Source: Octopus sinensis (taxonomy: Eukaryota). Taken from it: a stretch of DNA of 64,000 bases. Location: the NCBI RefSeq assembly GCF_006345805.1, contig NC_043002.1:14694001-14758000 (forward strand). Reading direction: 5' to 3'. Numbering within the stretch: position 1 is the first letter of the stretch; every line of letters begins with the position of its first letter. The notes beneath the pieces are model-generated. The model was not told where the DNA came from and made no database searches. It saw only the letters and a program-made list of their open reading frames with translations. Below, piece after piece: positions 40,734-53,659 of the stretch. The position numbers were made by a program, and so were the translations under genes.

Positions 40734-41103
40734 AACACGCCGGGCAAAATGCTAAGCGGTATTTCGCCCGCTGTTACCCTCTGAGTTCAAATGTCACCGA
40801 GGTCGAATTTGCCTTTCAATCTTTCGGGGTCGATTAAATAAGTACCAGTTAGGCACTGGGGTCAATATAATCGACTTAATCCGTTTGTCTCTCCTTGTTT
40901 ATCCTCTCTGTGTTTAGCCGCCTTGTGGGTAGTAAAGAAATAGGTATTTCGCCCTTCGTTACGCTCTGAGTTCAAATGCTACCGTGTTCGACTTTGACTT
41001 TCATTCTTTCGGGGTCGATAAATTAAGCACCAGTCGAGCATGGGTTTCGATGTAAACGTCTAGCCCATTCCCTCAAATTTCAGGCTTTGTGTCTATAATA
41101 GAA
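40734..41103 (+). mobile_element. SINE family A dimer
   Basis: Cores at about 40785-40860 and 40965-41035. Confidence 0.8.
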
Positions 41104-42025
41104 AGGATTGCTTTCCTTATTGCAGTTTCAATCTTGAACTAGAACACATATCCCGGAAGCAGAGTGCAACGAAGTAATTCAACCCCTCATGCTCCGAGCA
41201 ACTACCTCCGAAAATATGTGGGAGTATACGGACGGGAGAATTGATTTTGAAACTTCAATGGGGTCAATTTAATTTCTTCTGGTAGAACGTATTTAGCATT
41301 CAAAATCTGTTCTTCAGTGAGTCAAATTATAATCAATGTACATTTATATAAATCCAATTTTCTTAACAGATTGAAGTGGAAATTGAAATACGGAGAAATG
41401 CTATAAATGTTTCATACACATCCGACCAATAAGCTACAGTAGTGGCATTAGTTTATATTTGTTCGTATTTGTTTATATTTGTTAATATTTATCAGCATTC
41501 TGACGTCGACTAGAAAGAACTTCACATTAACAGTTGATATAGTTTTACTATTTCTTCCTTCCAGAAAAATAATTACAATTATTTGTAACCAGCATCACAC
41601 TCCTTTGCAGATGCCTAGGTATTTCATTAACATCTTACATATATATATGTGAATGTCATTTGCTGTCTCTAATTCAATTTTCTTATATATCCCTTTCAAT
41701 TACATTTTCTATGTATCGAATTTAGAATGTAATGCCACGGTTTCTCTTGTATTTTGTGGGGCTATTATGGTCCTATATTTGCTGCATATAATTGTCAAGG
41801 TCTATTGACCGACTGAAAAACTTAAAAGATAGATATGCGTAACTAAATCTCTCTCTCTTTCTGTCTCTCTTTCTCTTCTTTCTCTCCCTCTCTGTTTCTA
41901 TCTCACTCGCTCTTTCTTTCTCTCTACCAGTCTTTCTCTTTTGGTGTATCTGCGTGTGTCAGCTCGCGCGACTGTGCTTGTTGTATGCCTATATAGAGAT
42001 GTATGAATATGCGTAGATATCTATT

Positions 42026-42062
<37 letters not shown>

Positions 42063-42215
42063 TTCGATTTTGGATTTGGTCAAAACTATTGAAAAGGCTG
42101 CAAGACGTAACGAAAATTTTAGGAAAATAAAAATAAGAAAAAAGTGGAGATTTTACCGTTGAGTGTGTTATATTATAAGGCACAAAAAGAAAATGACTCT
42201 CCCAGACACGACAGT

Positions 42216-42296
<81 letters not shown>

Positions 42297-42310
42297 TTAT
42301 ATATATATAA

Positions 42311-42719
42311 CTAGTGTAGGATAAAATTTTTTTCGGCAAAAAATTTTTATCAATGGCCAGCATATCAAAAAATACCTTTAAAGGTTAAATTTATAAATAA
42401 TTTACAAGATAAGGGCAAAAGAAAAATTCTAATGCCAAATATGCCGCAAAAAAACAGGACTTATTGCTCAGGACCTATTGCTTGCTTTTTCCATGGGTAT
42501 GAGTAAGTATTTCACTTATATCTCACGTATTTGCCGCTGAAGAGGGGAAAATTTCTTATGAATTAACCCCGAAATTGGACCAATACGGTAATAACGAATT
42601 TTTTAAAAATTTCTATCGGGTTGTTTCGAGACGCATAAATTATAATGGTTATTGACAATTTATGTTATTTTGCGGCATCTTTGGCATTAGAATTTTTCTT
42701 TTGCCCTTATCTTGTAAAT

Positions 42720-42722
<3 letters not shown>
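42311..42722 (+). mobile_element. (TA)n-bounded cassette with a hammerhead and internal 60-bp inverted repeats; probable Penelope pseudo-LTR derivative
   Basis: (TA)n on both sides. The arms 42397-42456 and 42663-42722 are complementary at 58 of 60 positions. The hammerhead lies between them. Confidence 0.5.
42531..42591 (+). ncRNA. Type I hammerhead ribozyme with intact catalytic core
   Basis: ttgccg-CTGAAGA-gggg[19 nt]cccc-GAAA-ttg gac caa-TA-cggtaa. Stem I is 6 bp (one G-U), stem II is 4 G-C pairs, stem III is 4 bp with a 3-nt loop. Predicted cleavage is after A42585 (AUA). Confidence 0.75.
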
Positions 42723-42771
<49 letters not shown>

Positions 42772-42845
42772 TATTAGAGACAAAACCACTATTTTGCAAA
42801 ACAAACAAGGAAAGACTTAATCAATACATAAAATTTTAATATGTG

Positions 42846-42877
<32 letters not shown>

Positions 42878-44377
42878 TGCACACATTTATATACATACGT
42901 TATATACGTATGTGTGTGTTCGTATGTATACATGTATGTTTGTATGTATAGAAGCGTGAAATCTATATAATGTTTTTTTTATGTGAAATGCACAAGTGTT
43001 GCTAACACGAACAATAGGGTGTTAAGTTTAAAGGTGAATTATCAACTCGACGAAAAATAATGATTTGTAACGAAGGGATCTTGGACACGGAAGCAGCATG
43101 AATATTTGTCATAGACAGGTAGTACACTTGTTAGCCTCAACCAATACAAAACTTATATAAATAATCGATAAGTGTATTTCCACGTTAACGTAATTCTATT
43201 TCTGTATTTGTATAAGTTACGACACAGCATTGTCGTCGCGGTAACTCTCCCTTGTATCTCTATACGTCGCATGCAGTATAAGTATAACATTATTCGTCTG
43301 ATTCACATTGGATTGTAACAGCCAAAACTCGAATTATCTCTTAATAAATTCAGAAGCCGAAAGTGCAATTGACTTTCAATTTAACGTCCTATTATTTCCC
43401 AAGATTCATTATGTTATAACATTCTTTCTTTGTATTCGGTCTAATATCTCCTATTCGCCATATTTTAATTACATTTTGTATATATCGTGACGAGCCACGG
43501 CTAATATATTTGAATTCTGTCATAGAATTACCTCTTCTGATTCCATGAACTCTATTGAAAATTACTATATCAGCTATTTCATCTGCTTTATATTGTAGCT
43601 GAAATTTAAACGTTATTCATTTAGAGTCGAATCAAAATTTTCAATTCGATTCTGTTTGGAAGGTATATTGTCATATCACTACACATCACCAGCACAAAGG
43701 TTACGTATAATAAACTGATTTTGCCGTACTTTAAAGGCGGCGACTGTACCAGAAATTCCTGGCATTTGTAATTAGCGTTAATTAGTACTTTGTACTTTAT
43801 ATTCTGATATTACTCACGATATAACCAGAATTGAGGCTACAATGACTGACTATTTTCTGTTCATCATTCTTCTCCCTTCAAAAGACGTTAACCCAAATCT
43901 GGTTAAAAATCATCTTTCTCTTTTGTACACTACGCAGTTACGTTGTTAAATGCGTTTACTCTCTAATTATATTATATGTAAGAAGCAACCATCGGCTAAT
44001 TTTATACTTAAGTTTCAAACCTTTAATTATCTAGTGAATAATGATCGCGCACTACACTTTGAAAGGACGAGTAGGATATGATTATTTGAAAAGTATATCA
44101 ACACCAAAAATGAAATGTCATCTATAAATGTCCGTATGATTATTCAGTAAGTATCAGTGTTATCATAAAACAACAAAACGAGATTCATGTATTTCCAATA
44201 TACTGTACCTGTTGATAATAATATTTTAATGACACATCAGTGTTATGTGAGATACATCAAGCATGTAGTGTACCACATTTTACTGGTATCAGACTTTTGT
44301 TTCTAGAATTGAAAAAATAGTAAAATTTAGTAACACGTATTTATTAAGTCTCCGTAACGTCAATGAAAGGCATATCG

Positions 44378-44716
44378 TTTCTCCTCTCGGTACAAGGCCG
44401 GAAACTTTGTGGGAGGGGGCTAGTCAATTAGATCGACCCCAGTACACAACTGGTACTTACTTTGTCGACCCCGAAAAGATGAAAGGCAAAGTCAACCACG
44501 GCGGAATTTGAACTCAGAACATAAAGACAGACGAAATACTGCTAAGTATTTCGCCCGGCATGCTAACGTTTCTTATTTCTTTACTGCCGACAAGGGGCTA
44601 CACACAGATGCGACAAACAAGGACAGACAAAGGGATTAAGTCGATTACATCGACTCCAGTGCGTAACTGGTACTTAATTTATCGACCCCGAAAGGATGAA
44701 AGGCAAAGTCGACCTC
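44378..44716 (-). mobile_element. SINE family A composite (truncated unit plus variant-tailed unit)
   Basis: Two cores: gaccccgaaaagatgaaaggcaaagtcaacc (about 44467) and gaccccgaaaggatgaaaggcaaagtcgacctc (about 44685). Confidence 0.8.
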
Positions 44717-44835
44717 AATAATGTTGTACTTCATTGCATTCTAATTTTTTCTATTTCTAACCAAAGTCTTTAAATAGTAGTATAAATGGTGAGGGTAAGT
44801 CTTTTTTCTTATTTTCTAGAATACATCTACATATA

Positions 44836-45030
44836 AAGTGGTTGTATACTGTCAACTTAACGTGACAGTCCCGTAGCTGTTGGGGGTGTTTGTCTCCCCT
44901 TCGTAAATATATAAGGACACAGGAAATGTGTCAAGGCCGACAGGAAGCGTCGATGCTTCCTAGGGCTAAATAGCGGTGGTGTAATTCCCTAATAGGACTG
45001 TCACGTTAAGTTGACAGTATACAACCACTC
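44836..45030. mobile_element. MITE, 195 bp, with 35-bp perfect TIRs and TA flanks
   Basis: agtggttgtatactgtcaacttaacgtgacagtcc (44837) and ggactgtcacgttaagttgacagtatacaaccact (ending 45029). TA lies at 44834-35 and 45031-32. Confidence 0.85.
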
Positions 45031-46584
45031 TATCGCTCCACCACCGCACATATCTCTATGAGATATTTAGAAATTTACTTTTTCTGATCTACATATAAAT
45101 TTTCCGTTTATTAGTTTGAATTTTAATATTCAGTATATATAAGTGTGAAAAATGTGCTCCTTCCATTGCATATATAATTATCCTTACCATGACAATATTT
45201 CTGTCCGTCTCTCTTTTCATCAAGAGTTTCTACTGCTTTTTTGGTCTTTTACTGCCTATTCATCCTTACATGAAATTATTAAATCTTCGAAGTTAATTTC
45301 GTTGGTGCAAGTGAAAAGCCATCCATTCCAATTACTATCATTAGATTGTAATTAAAATATTTACAAGTTTCATCGCTAGAATATGGTATTACAATTTTCT
45401 CATACTCAGACTTAATTATACTTTAAATAGTATTGTTCTGCTTATTATTCTATAAGGTTTATACGGTGTGATTATATAGATTTTGCAGTTTGGTTTTGTT
45501 CTTCAAATCTTGTATGTATCCCCAATCTCAAGACTTTATTTTGACATGCACTCTGTGCTGTCTCCTTATAATTTGCGGTTTCCTCATTTCTTTCTAAGTC
45601 ATCGTAATAACCTCCAGAACTTTATAGGGATTTCCATGAGCCACACACTCTACGAGAGTATCGTTGTCTACTAACGATGAGATTTTCGCTTCATTTTTTT
45701 CCATACATTTTATGCATATATTTATGAGTAGATAACATGTATTATTTGTGTGAATTCCAATTTGATTTCGTAACTATTTCAGGCTCATTAGCACAGGTGA
45801 GATCAGGGCAATGAAGATGGCTCTCAAATTTCGCAATTAATAACTGCAGAACAAACCATGAACATTCAACATATCCATAGCACGTAATACTTGTAACAAA
45901 ATGTTATGGTGAATGCGTTACATGGTGGTAACATGAGGTTTATATCAAATGATTTGGTCAATGGGGAACCAGACGCCCATATTTGTGTGTGAATATTATA
46001 AAGTGCATCAGTAGCTGAGGTAGTGTAAATGATTGTTATGTAAGGCATCTCATTTACCGACCAGACATTTGCATATTTTTCTGAATGACTCTATGGCAAT
46101 ATTTCGGCTGTCTTTTTCTGGATGCTCTACTGGACTATATGTGTGTAGTCTTAGGAATATAACTTCTGAAAGATATATTTTGCAATGTATGTCATAGGAA
46201 AACTCTGAATGAGATTTTTTAGTGGAGGAAGTATTTATTGAACCGAAAATCAATACAGATCATAGGAGTGCTATCACCGCTACATATTGCAGGGTATATT
46301 CACGATAGCATAAGCATAATAATGGTGGGTCTACATTTTGTAATAATCACGAGTGCTATCAATTTGTTAAACACCCAAAACATCATTTCTGCATTTATAG
46401 CAGCCAGAAAAAATAAGAGATTCTGATACTATTTACGCTTATTTCATTGGCAATCCTTTGCCTGAAACAATTTGCGTAAGAAATTCAGCTCAATTCGAAA
46501 CAAAATATAACAGTTGATAGATTCATCACATTAAAATAATAATAATAGTAATAATACTAATAATGATAATAATAATAATAATAA

Positions 46585-46615
<31 letters not shown>

Positions 46616-46622
46616 AAGAAGA

Positions 46623-47220
46623 AGGAATATATTCACAGACATGACAGAGTTGGAACCTACATACATTGGAAGCTATGCCAACATTATGGAATAACAACAG
46701 AAAAAAGATGGTATAAGCACACACCAGAAAAGGTCACAGAAAACGAGAAAGCAACCATACTCTGGGATATGCCGATATACACAGATAGAGAAAGTAAGGC
46801 CAACAGACCAGATATAGTTGTCAGAGATCATGAAGAAAAAAAATGCTTTCTAATTGACGTATCAATACCGGCAGATGACAACGTGTCTCTAAAAGAAATG
46901 AAGAATCTCTCAAAATACAAAGACCTGGAAATAGAGGTAACTAGAATGTGGAACCTGAAAACAGAAACAATTCCTATCATAGTAGGTGCATTAGGCATGA
47001 TAAAAAAATATTCAGACAAATACATAACAAAAACACCAGGACTTACAAACACATATAACATACAGAAAATTGCACTACTAGGCACTGCACACATCCTACG
47101 CAGAACACTTTCTATACAATAACCATCAGAGCATCACAACAAATCACAGCACATACCCAAGGCACACAGAGCTGCGCTCGGTAGTGAAGTGAAAGCACGC
47201 TATAAAAATAAAACTACTGA
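46623..47220 (+). mobile_element. Second, distinct R4/Dong-clade (RLE) LINE 3' end in a (TAA)n/(GAA)n array
   Basis: Uninterrupted frame KEYIHRHDRVGTYIHWKLC...ANRPDIVV...LIDVSIP...LSKYKDLEIE...GALG...GTAHILRRTLSIQ, stop at 47122, then a short 3' UTR and (AAT)n. Confidence 0.88.
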
Positions 47221-47234
47221 ATAATAATAATAAT

Positions 47235-47778
47235 GACCTGATAAGTACCAGACAGTGGCTCTCATAGCTTCTCATCTTGACTGATTGGAAGTGTTATCAT
47301 GTACGTTGTTTTGTCTTGGTATAAAAAATGGGCTACAGCAAATATTCTGCTCAATACCACAGATTTGCTTGTCAGTTGTTTGACCTTAACCAGTTGACCA
47401 TGTCCCTTATTGGCTGATGATATGTGCATCTCCGATCATGAGCAGAAGTAGTGGGGGAGCATCATAGCCATGTGTTGAGAGGGATTCTTTGGGGATTGAA
47501 TGATTCACCTGTGGAAACATGGGTGTTTTGTTTGACATTCTTAAACAACCCTTATTCAAGGACCTTTTGAGCAGGATGGGTTACCCGACCAGAAGTGAAT
47601 TCTAACTGGGTCCCACCTGGAATGTCATGTGTTGTTTATCTTTATATGAGATCACCATGTCGCACACACATGGTTGTGATGCATGTACCCTTATCAGACT
47701 GGTAGTCATGATGCGTATACTGGGCATCGTATATTTTACCCTAGTGTCATTTTGATGACATGCGCTGCTCTCCCACTC
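47235..47778 (+). repeat. Non-coding element of about 545 bp bounded by (TAA)n on both sides
   Basis: It begins right after the Dong (AAT)n tail and ends cgctgctctcccactc followed by a long (AAT)n tract. No ORF. Single copy in this window, so repeat status is inferred. Confidence 0.45.
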
Positions 47779-47804
47779 AATAATAAAAATAATAAAAATA
47801 ATAA

Positions 47805-47875
<71 letters not shown>

Positions 47876-48660
47876 TCAACATCGAAAAATATCTTAGGAA
47901 TGAGAACCCAGGTTTGAAATTTCCCCAAGATACCTGATGAAGGCAGGAGGGTATATCAGCCGAAACATTGTCTTAACAACAAACAAGTTGATGAGAACAA
48001 ATATCCGTCAAATATAAATAATGTAAATAATGTACATAATTCCTTATCTCTTAAATATAGAACTGTAATACTAATTCTAATTCTAAATTAACTAATACAG
48101 ATACATCACAGGCAAATACAAGTAAAATTAAGCGGTTAGGTAATTTTTTTAAACCTAATAAACAATAAACACAAATACTCCACTCATATATATCTATACT
48201 ATCTAAATCTAGGAAGCGGAAGCAATTTGGTTTGCCCCACCATTCTCCATTGCTGTTAAAAACCTACCTAAACTATTCTTGAACATCCTAAGACATGATT
48301 TTCCAAAACGTTACAAATATTATCAAATTTGTAACAAATCGTTTATAAAAGTTTCTTATTCCACAATGTCAAATATAGGCTCAATTATAAAATCCATAAA
48401 TAAAAACAAAATCCATTATCAAACGTTCAAAACTTCTAACACGGATAGGAAACCAAGTATAAATAATATTTGTATACCCGGAACACCTAATACACATAAT
48501 TAGGAACACCTAATACACATCAAATACAAATAACACCCCCTTTGTCAATAGCCTTGAATAAGGAGAATCTACCCAAATAAAATAAAGATAATAGTAACCA
48601 TATATCGAGAAAAAACATGTAATTGTAGGAACACCGATTCATGTCCGCTTCAAGGATTCT
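47876..48660 (+). mobile_element. Penelope-like relic: pseudo-LTR-like segment (about 47876-48067) with decayed hammerhead core, then a degenerate ORF fragment
   Basis: CTGATGA-aggcag...cagcc-GAAAC at 47934-47966. Downstream frame WFAPPFSIAVKNLPKLFLNILRHDFPK...IKVSYSTMSNIGSIIKSIN is homologous to the motif in the 34490-36600 element. Confidence 0.65.
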
Positions 48661-49807
48661 GTTTCTACTAAAATGTAGTAACTTAATGTACAGTTGTATA
48701 AAATAAGTACCAGGCTAGAACATAGTTAGGTGGTATTGTACATTTCCTATAATGAACAAATTTAAGTTATGCATTAGGAAATAGCACGTTATCCTTAGAT
48801 CATAGACTGCGGGCACATTAACCAAATTCTCTGATACCATTCATTTATGTATTCATAAATTTCACTGATCCTTCGTGAAGCTCTATGAAACCCGATAGAA
48901 GAAATGAAGCATTTTGCAGTCCTGTTTCTTTCTCTATTAGTAATTAATTATTACTCAGAATTTTAAAAATCATTTTTCGAAACACGTCTACCCCCCGCTC
49001 CTCCGCCCACAAAAAGTGGTCTCCCATCATCCTACTCTAAACATTTCCATTCATATATAAGCGTGAATAATTGTAAAAGTGGTCGGTATCTGATACAGTA
49101 GCCGACGACGAACATAATCTAAAATTTTATATATAATCTTATACTTCTCGGAAGCTTGCTATCTATTTCCTTATTTCATGATGTAGAGGACATTGTCAGT
49201 GTGGACTCATACCTTGTAAACAAATAGACTCCAGAAACGGCTGTCGAAGTACATCTTATAACGTACTATAAAACTCTACAAACATTTCTTTAGAGCTCTT
49301 CCTTTTTCTCTGACTTTTAAATCCATCATTAAAATTTCTCACTGCCGTCGATGTAACTTACAATTTTTAATACTTAATTCAACGTTTTTAATCTTAAAAT
49401 CGATATGATTTTTAATCGATGTATCACGCTTCATTCATCTATCCATTTCAGGTATATTTGTACGTCTTGTATTTCTTATTTCTATTCTAAATAATATATG
49501 GATATATATATGGATTCTGTGTATTTATTGTGTTATATGTAATTATTGTTTTGATATAAATCATAACTGTAGAATCTTTATCTAAATTTTGTCTCTTCTT
49601 AAATCAAGTTATATAATGTCTAGCGTCTTGGGTTGGAACTGAGCACATTCAAGCAATTGTGAAAAAAATCTTATTCAAAAGAAAAAATATTTATATGTAT
49701 ATGGCGATGCCCCAGCATGGCCACAGCTCGGGAGCTGAAACTAGATAAAATAAAATTAAAATAAAATAAAATTATATTTATATATACACACATACATGCG
49801 TATATAT

Positions 49808-49972
49808 ATCGTGAAGTATATTTATCCCTTAAATGTGGCGGTCCTATAGGGGACGATGTTACATTTTGTTTATAGCCTCAGAAGGATTTTCTCCTGTGAC
49901 TATAAACAACAGAAGTATCGTCCCCTGCGGGGCAGCCACATTTAAGTGGCTGTCCCTAATATACTTCACGAT
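49808..49972. mobile_element. Fold-back MITE-like element, about 165 bp
   Basis: Nested inverted blocks: atcgtgaagtatatt/aatatacttcacgat, cttaaatgtggc/gccacatttaag, ggggacgat/atcgtcccc, tgtttatag/ctataaaca. Confidence 0.75.
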
Positions 49973-52900
49973 TCCGTGCTGCTACTGCTTACTTCTAGCT
50001 CAGAGATTTAATATTGCTATGTGTGTGAGTTTGTATCCATATATATATCCATACACATATACAGATATAATCATCATTATCATCATTATAATTAATATAT
50101 TTATAATTATTGACGTTGTTATTGTGTTGTTGTTGCTATTTCGCTTAAGCATACCGATATCCATAGGCTTGTTTAATAACTCGATATACATCGACTTGAG
50201 ATAAACGTATCCCTTGATTAAAACTTAGATATAATAAATAAAAATATTGAAAGAATAGGAAAGTTTGTCTTGAATCTCATTACCTTACAGCTGTTTCGGG
50301 CATAAGACGAAATGCAAGATAGATCGATATATATATATATATATATATATGTCTGTGTATATGTGTATGTAAAGGGAAAGTTTGCGAAAATAAACAAAAG
50401 ACGGAGGCAGGTAGTGTACAAAGAAACAGATGTATTAATATAACGCTCAGGAATAGAAAAAGTATTTTACGTTTCGAGCCTACGCTCTTCTACAGGAAGA
50501 TACACAGAAAAAAACATATATATATATAGATGTATATATGTATGTGCGTAAGCATGTGTATCCATATGTGTGTGTTTGTGAGTAGGTCTGTGTGTGTGTC
50601 TATGTGTATATGTGTACAAAGAGATAGATAGTTATACAAAAATTTGGATAGATAATTTCATACATACATCTATAGACTTGTTTGCAAATAATAGATTAAG
50701 CCGTGTCCAAACACTCACATAAATACCTGTTTATGTGTATTATTCTGTGTATCGACTCATGTAAATAAATCTCATACACTATTTTCCCACATCGAATAAG
50801 ATATTATAACTTACAAGTATTGATAAATTTTTTCTAGCCAACTCTTTCTGAACCACGCACTATCTTCCTTTTCATCGTTACGTTTAAATACACATGTGAA
50901 GATAACTTACCAGTGTTGCGTCAGAGATATTACCTCTTTTCAACGATACATACAACTATGAAAATATTCTCATGATAATAAAACAGAGTGATATTTTTCC
51001 AAAGTAGATACATACAAACACTCTAAAATTTAACGCTAGCAAACATATGCATATATAATTGGGTATGTGTGTTTGTATGTTCGTGACATGTGAGAGAGTT
51101 TATGCTTGTAACTCTGTACATGTGCATGCATCTATCTTTATATATGTGTGTATGTGTTTATTAAATGTATATATTGTGTGAGTATATGTGTGATGCATCA
51201 GTTACAGCACTTGTTTTTCTTCCTTGATTCCTATTTCAATATAAACTTTATTTAAATATGCCAAACATCACATAGCGAATTTACGATTAATGGGGGATTT
51301 AGACATATTTCTACAACTGCACACAACACACAGCATACAAACACAAAATATAGTGAAACCTAAACGTAGTGATAAGAACGATCGAAGCAATCACAGTAAA
51401 TACCTATTACACCGACCCTATACTCATAAAACATGTTACCATGCATGAATAAATCATGGGGTTTTAAAGAATTCGATGACATGTCCGATATGCCGCAACC
51501 AAGTGAAAATACTGTTTTCTCTGCTTCAGTTCAAAGAAAGATTTACTGGCAGCACCTAAATAATTTGTTATTCGTTTGACGCTTTTGATATGCTGTAGTT
51601 GATATGCATTTCTTTTTAGAATCTACTGATTTAATTTTCATCTATGAAAACATGGAAAGCAAAGAAGACCGAGAACATTTGCGTTTGATCTATATGTGGT
51701 GTGTGTGTGTTTTTTGTTTTCATGACTTTCTATATTTTTCATTCATTCGTTTTCAGTTTTCTGATTAGTTACTCTTGGGGAATAGATTCCAAGAGAAGAA
51801 AAAAGGCTTCTGTTTATATTTTTTCTACCCGTTTATTACATGCCTGTAGTAATATTTATTTAAATACGGCTAAAGAAAATATTTTTCAAAAAAAATTGTA
51901 TTTTATTTAAAAGCAAAGATATAGTATTCATGATATTTTATATGTTGATGTAGGTATTTTACATTAAATTCAGAAGTAAATATGAAAAACAAAAGGATAA
52001 ATTAAGACATCTCAGAACGAAAATTTTTCAGAGAAAATGTTTGAAGTAAACGGTGAACAGTGTTTACTTTTCTCCTCCTCCGAACTGCATTCAAAGCAAT
52101 CTTAAGTAAGATGTACCTCCATTTAATGTAGTTGAATAGTTTTCGTGATATAGATTTTATGTTATGAAGGAAATATTTATTAAGTGCATTCTGTGTGATA
52201 TATATCAGGCTACCGGGGAAAATATCTTGCAACTTCCAAATTGCTCAGCGTGCTGGAGACAAAATGCACCGAACTTGGTTGTCTTTTCTCCACGCCAGCA
52301 TCGATGCATATTAAGACTAATTGAATGATACGAGTAAATTGCATAACCTATGGTCTCATTAAGTTGGGAAATCTTAAACTTATGAAAAATAGAAAAAAAA
52401 CATATACTATTGTTGTAACTACACTAAAAATATTTGTGCGTGAATGTCAATATCAGAGAATAACATAGTAAGGAAACAAAAAATGATGTAATCGACTCGA
52501 TAGAGATTGAACTTAGAATTAGGAAGAAACATAAAGAATACGGTAGGTATTTGTTCACTACACGACCGTTTTGACATTTTAACGTCCTTGTCAGAATGAC
52601 GATGCGGAATAGAAGCGTGTGACAGTGATTTGGACTACCATGATAGCAGGGTGTGATGATGATGATGATGAAGATTGGTGTTTTATTCATTTACTTCTGT
52701 TGTTATAGAGGACAGAAACGAATGAAGCCTTGCAATGACAGTTTCAGTTTGTTTGACATTTACATTGGAAAGATGAATGGATTCAATGTAGAGCGGGGAT
52801 GAGATAAAAAACCTATGCATTCCATTTAGATACGCACTACGGTGATAATGGAGGTGATGATGCTGATGACGATGATGATGATAATGATGATGATGATGAT

Positions 52901-53659
52901 GATGATGATGTGGTGATCAAGGAGCCAGCCAAATATATATCGAAACCTTCAATGAAATTTATAACGAAATATATCAGTAAATGTACAGATAAATATCACA
53001 GTACTGTAAGATAAAAATTAAAATACACCTTAATATAAGAACGGTTGAAAAAAGCGATACTCTTGCAACCGCAATGAATATGTCAGTATGAAATGATTTG
53101 ATTACGCTTCCCTAAAAAAATCAGACATTTCGATTCCAAACTAGAAAGATGTTTACAAGAACAAAAAAAACACAAAACTAATATGAATGCCAAATCCACT
53201 CTCACGCAAAGTAACAACAGCCAAATTATTAGGATTTGTATGAGCGACTAATCATTGGCAAATTGCTGATCCCACTAATAAAAACCGGTCCTCAACAGCC
53301 ACACTTTTCATTTTGGAACTTTTAGCAACTTATTGAACCAGACAAGACTTATATGCAAAATATTTATTTTAGAAAGAAGATATTAAGCTGTGTGCAACCG
53401 AAGATTAATAAATCGAATGTCTACTAAAGACAGAATCCATATTTCCATATAAATTGTTATCAGATGCCGATTATGGAATTGTGCGTAGGAAATATATAAA
53501 ATATTAAAATATTCTAAGAAATCTAATAACATTTTAGATAAAGAAATATGGTTAAACGGAATCAAATTAATCACAGAAATAGAAATACCTATGAAGGAAT
53601 ACTCAGATAGATGAACAGCTTAAAAAATAAATAACTAAATGAATGAATAATAATGATGC

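Noticed and set aside
46033-46197. Frame LLCKASHLP...STGLYVCSLRN resembling an Ig domain
   Set aside because: The cysteine spacing is too short, there is no conserved Trp, and the splice support is weak.
47934-47975. CTGATGA...GAAAC as an active hammerhead
   Set aside because: Stem I does not pair in this copy and stem II starts with a mismatch. It is kept only as a relic.
49213-50955. Small minus-strand AG/GT-bounded segments (50911-50955 LYVSLKRGNISDATL; 49213-49265)
   Set aside because: They are too short to distinguish from chance, and there is no recognisable product.
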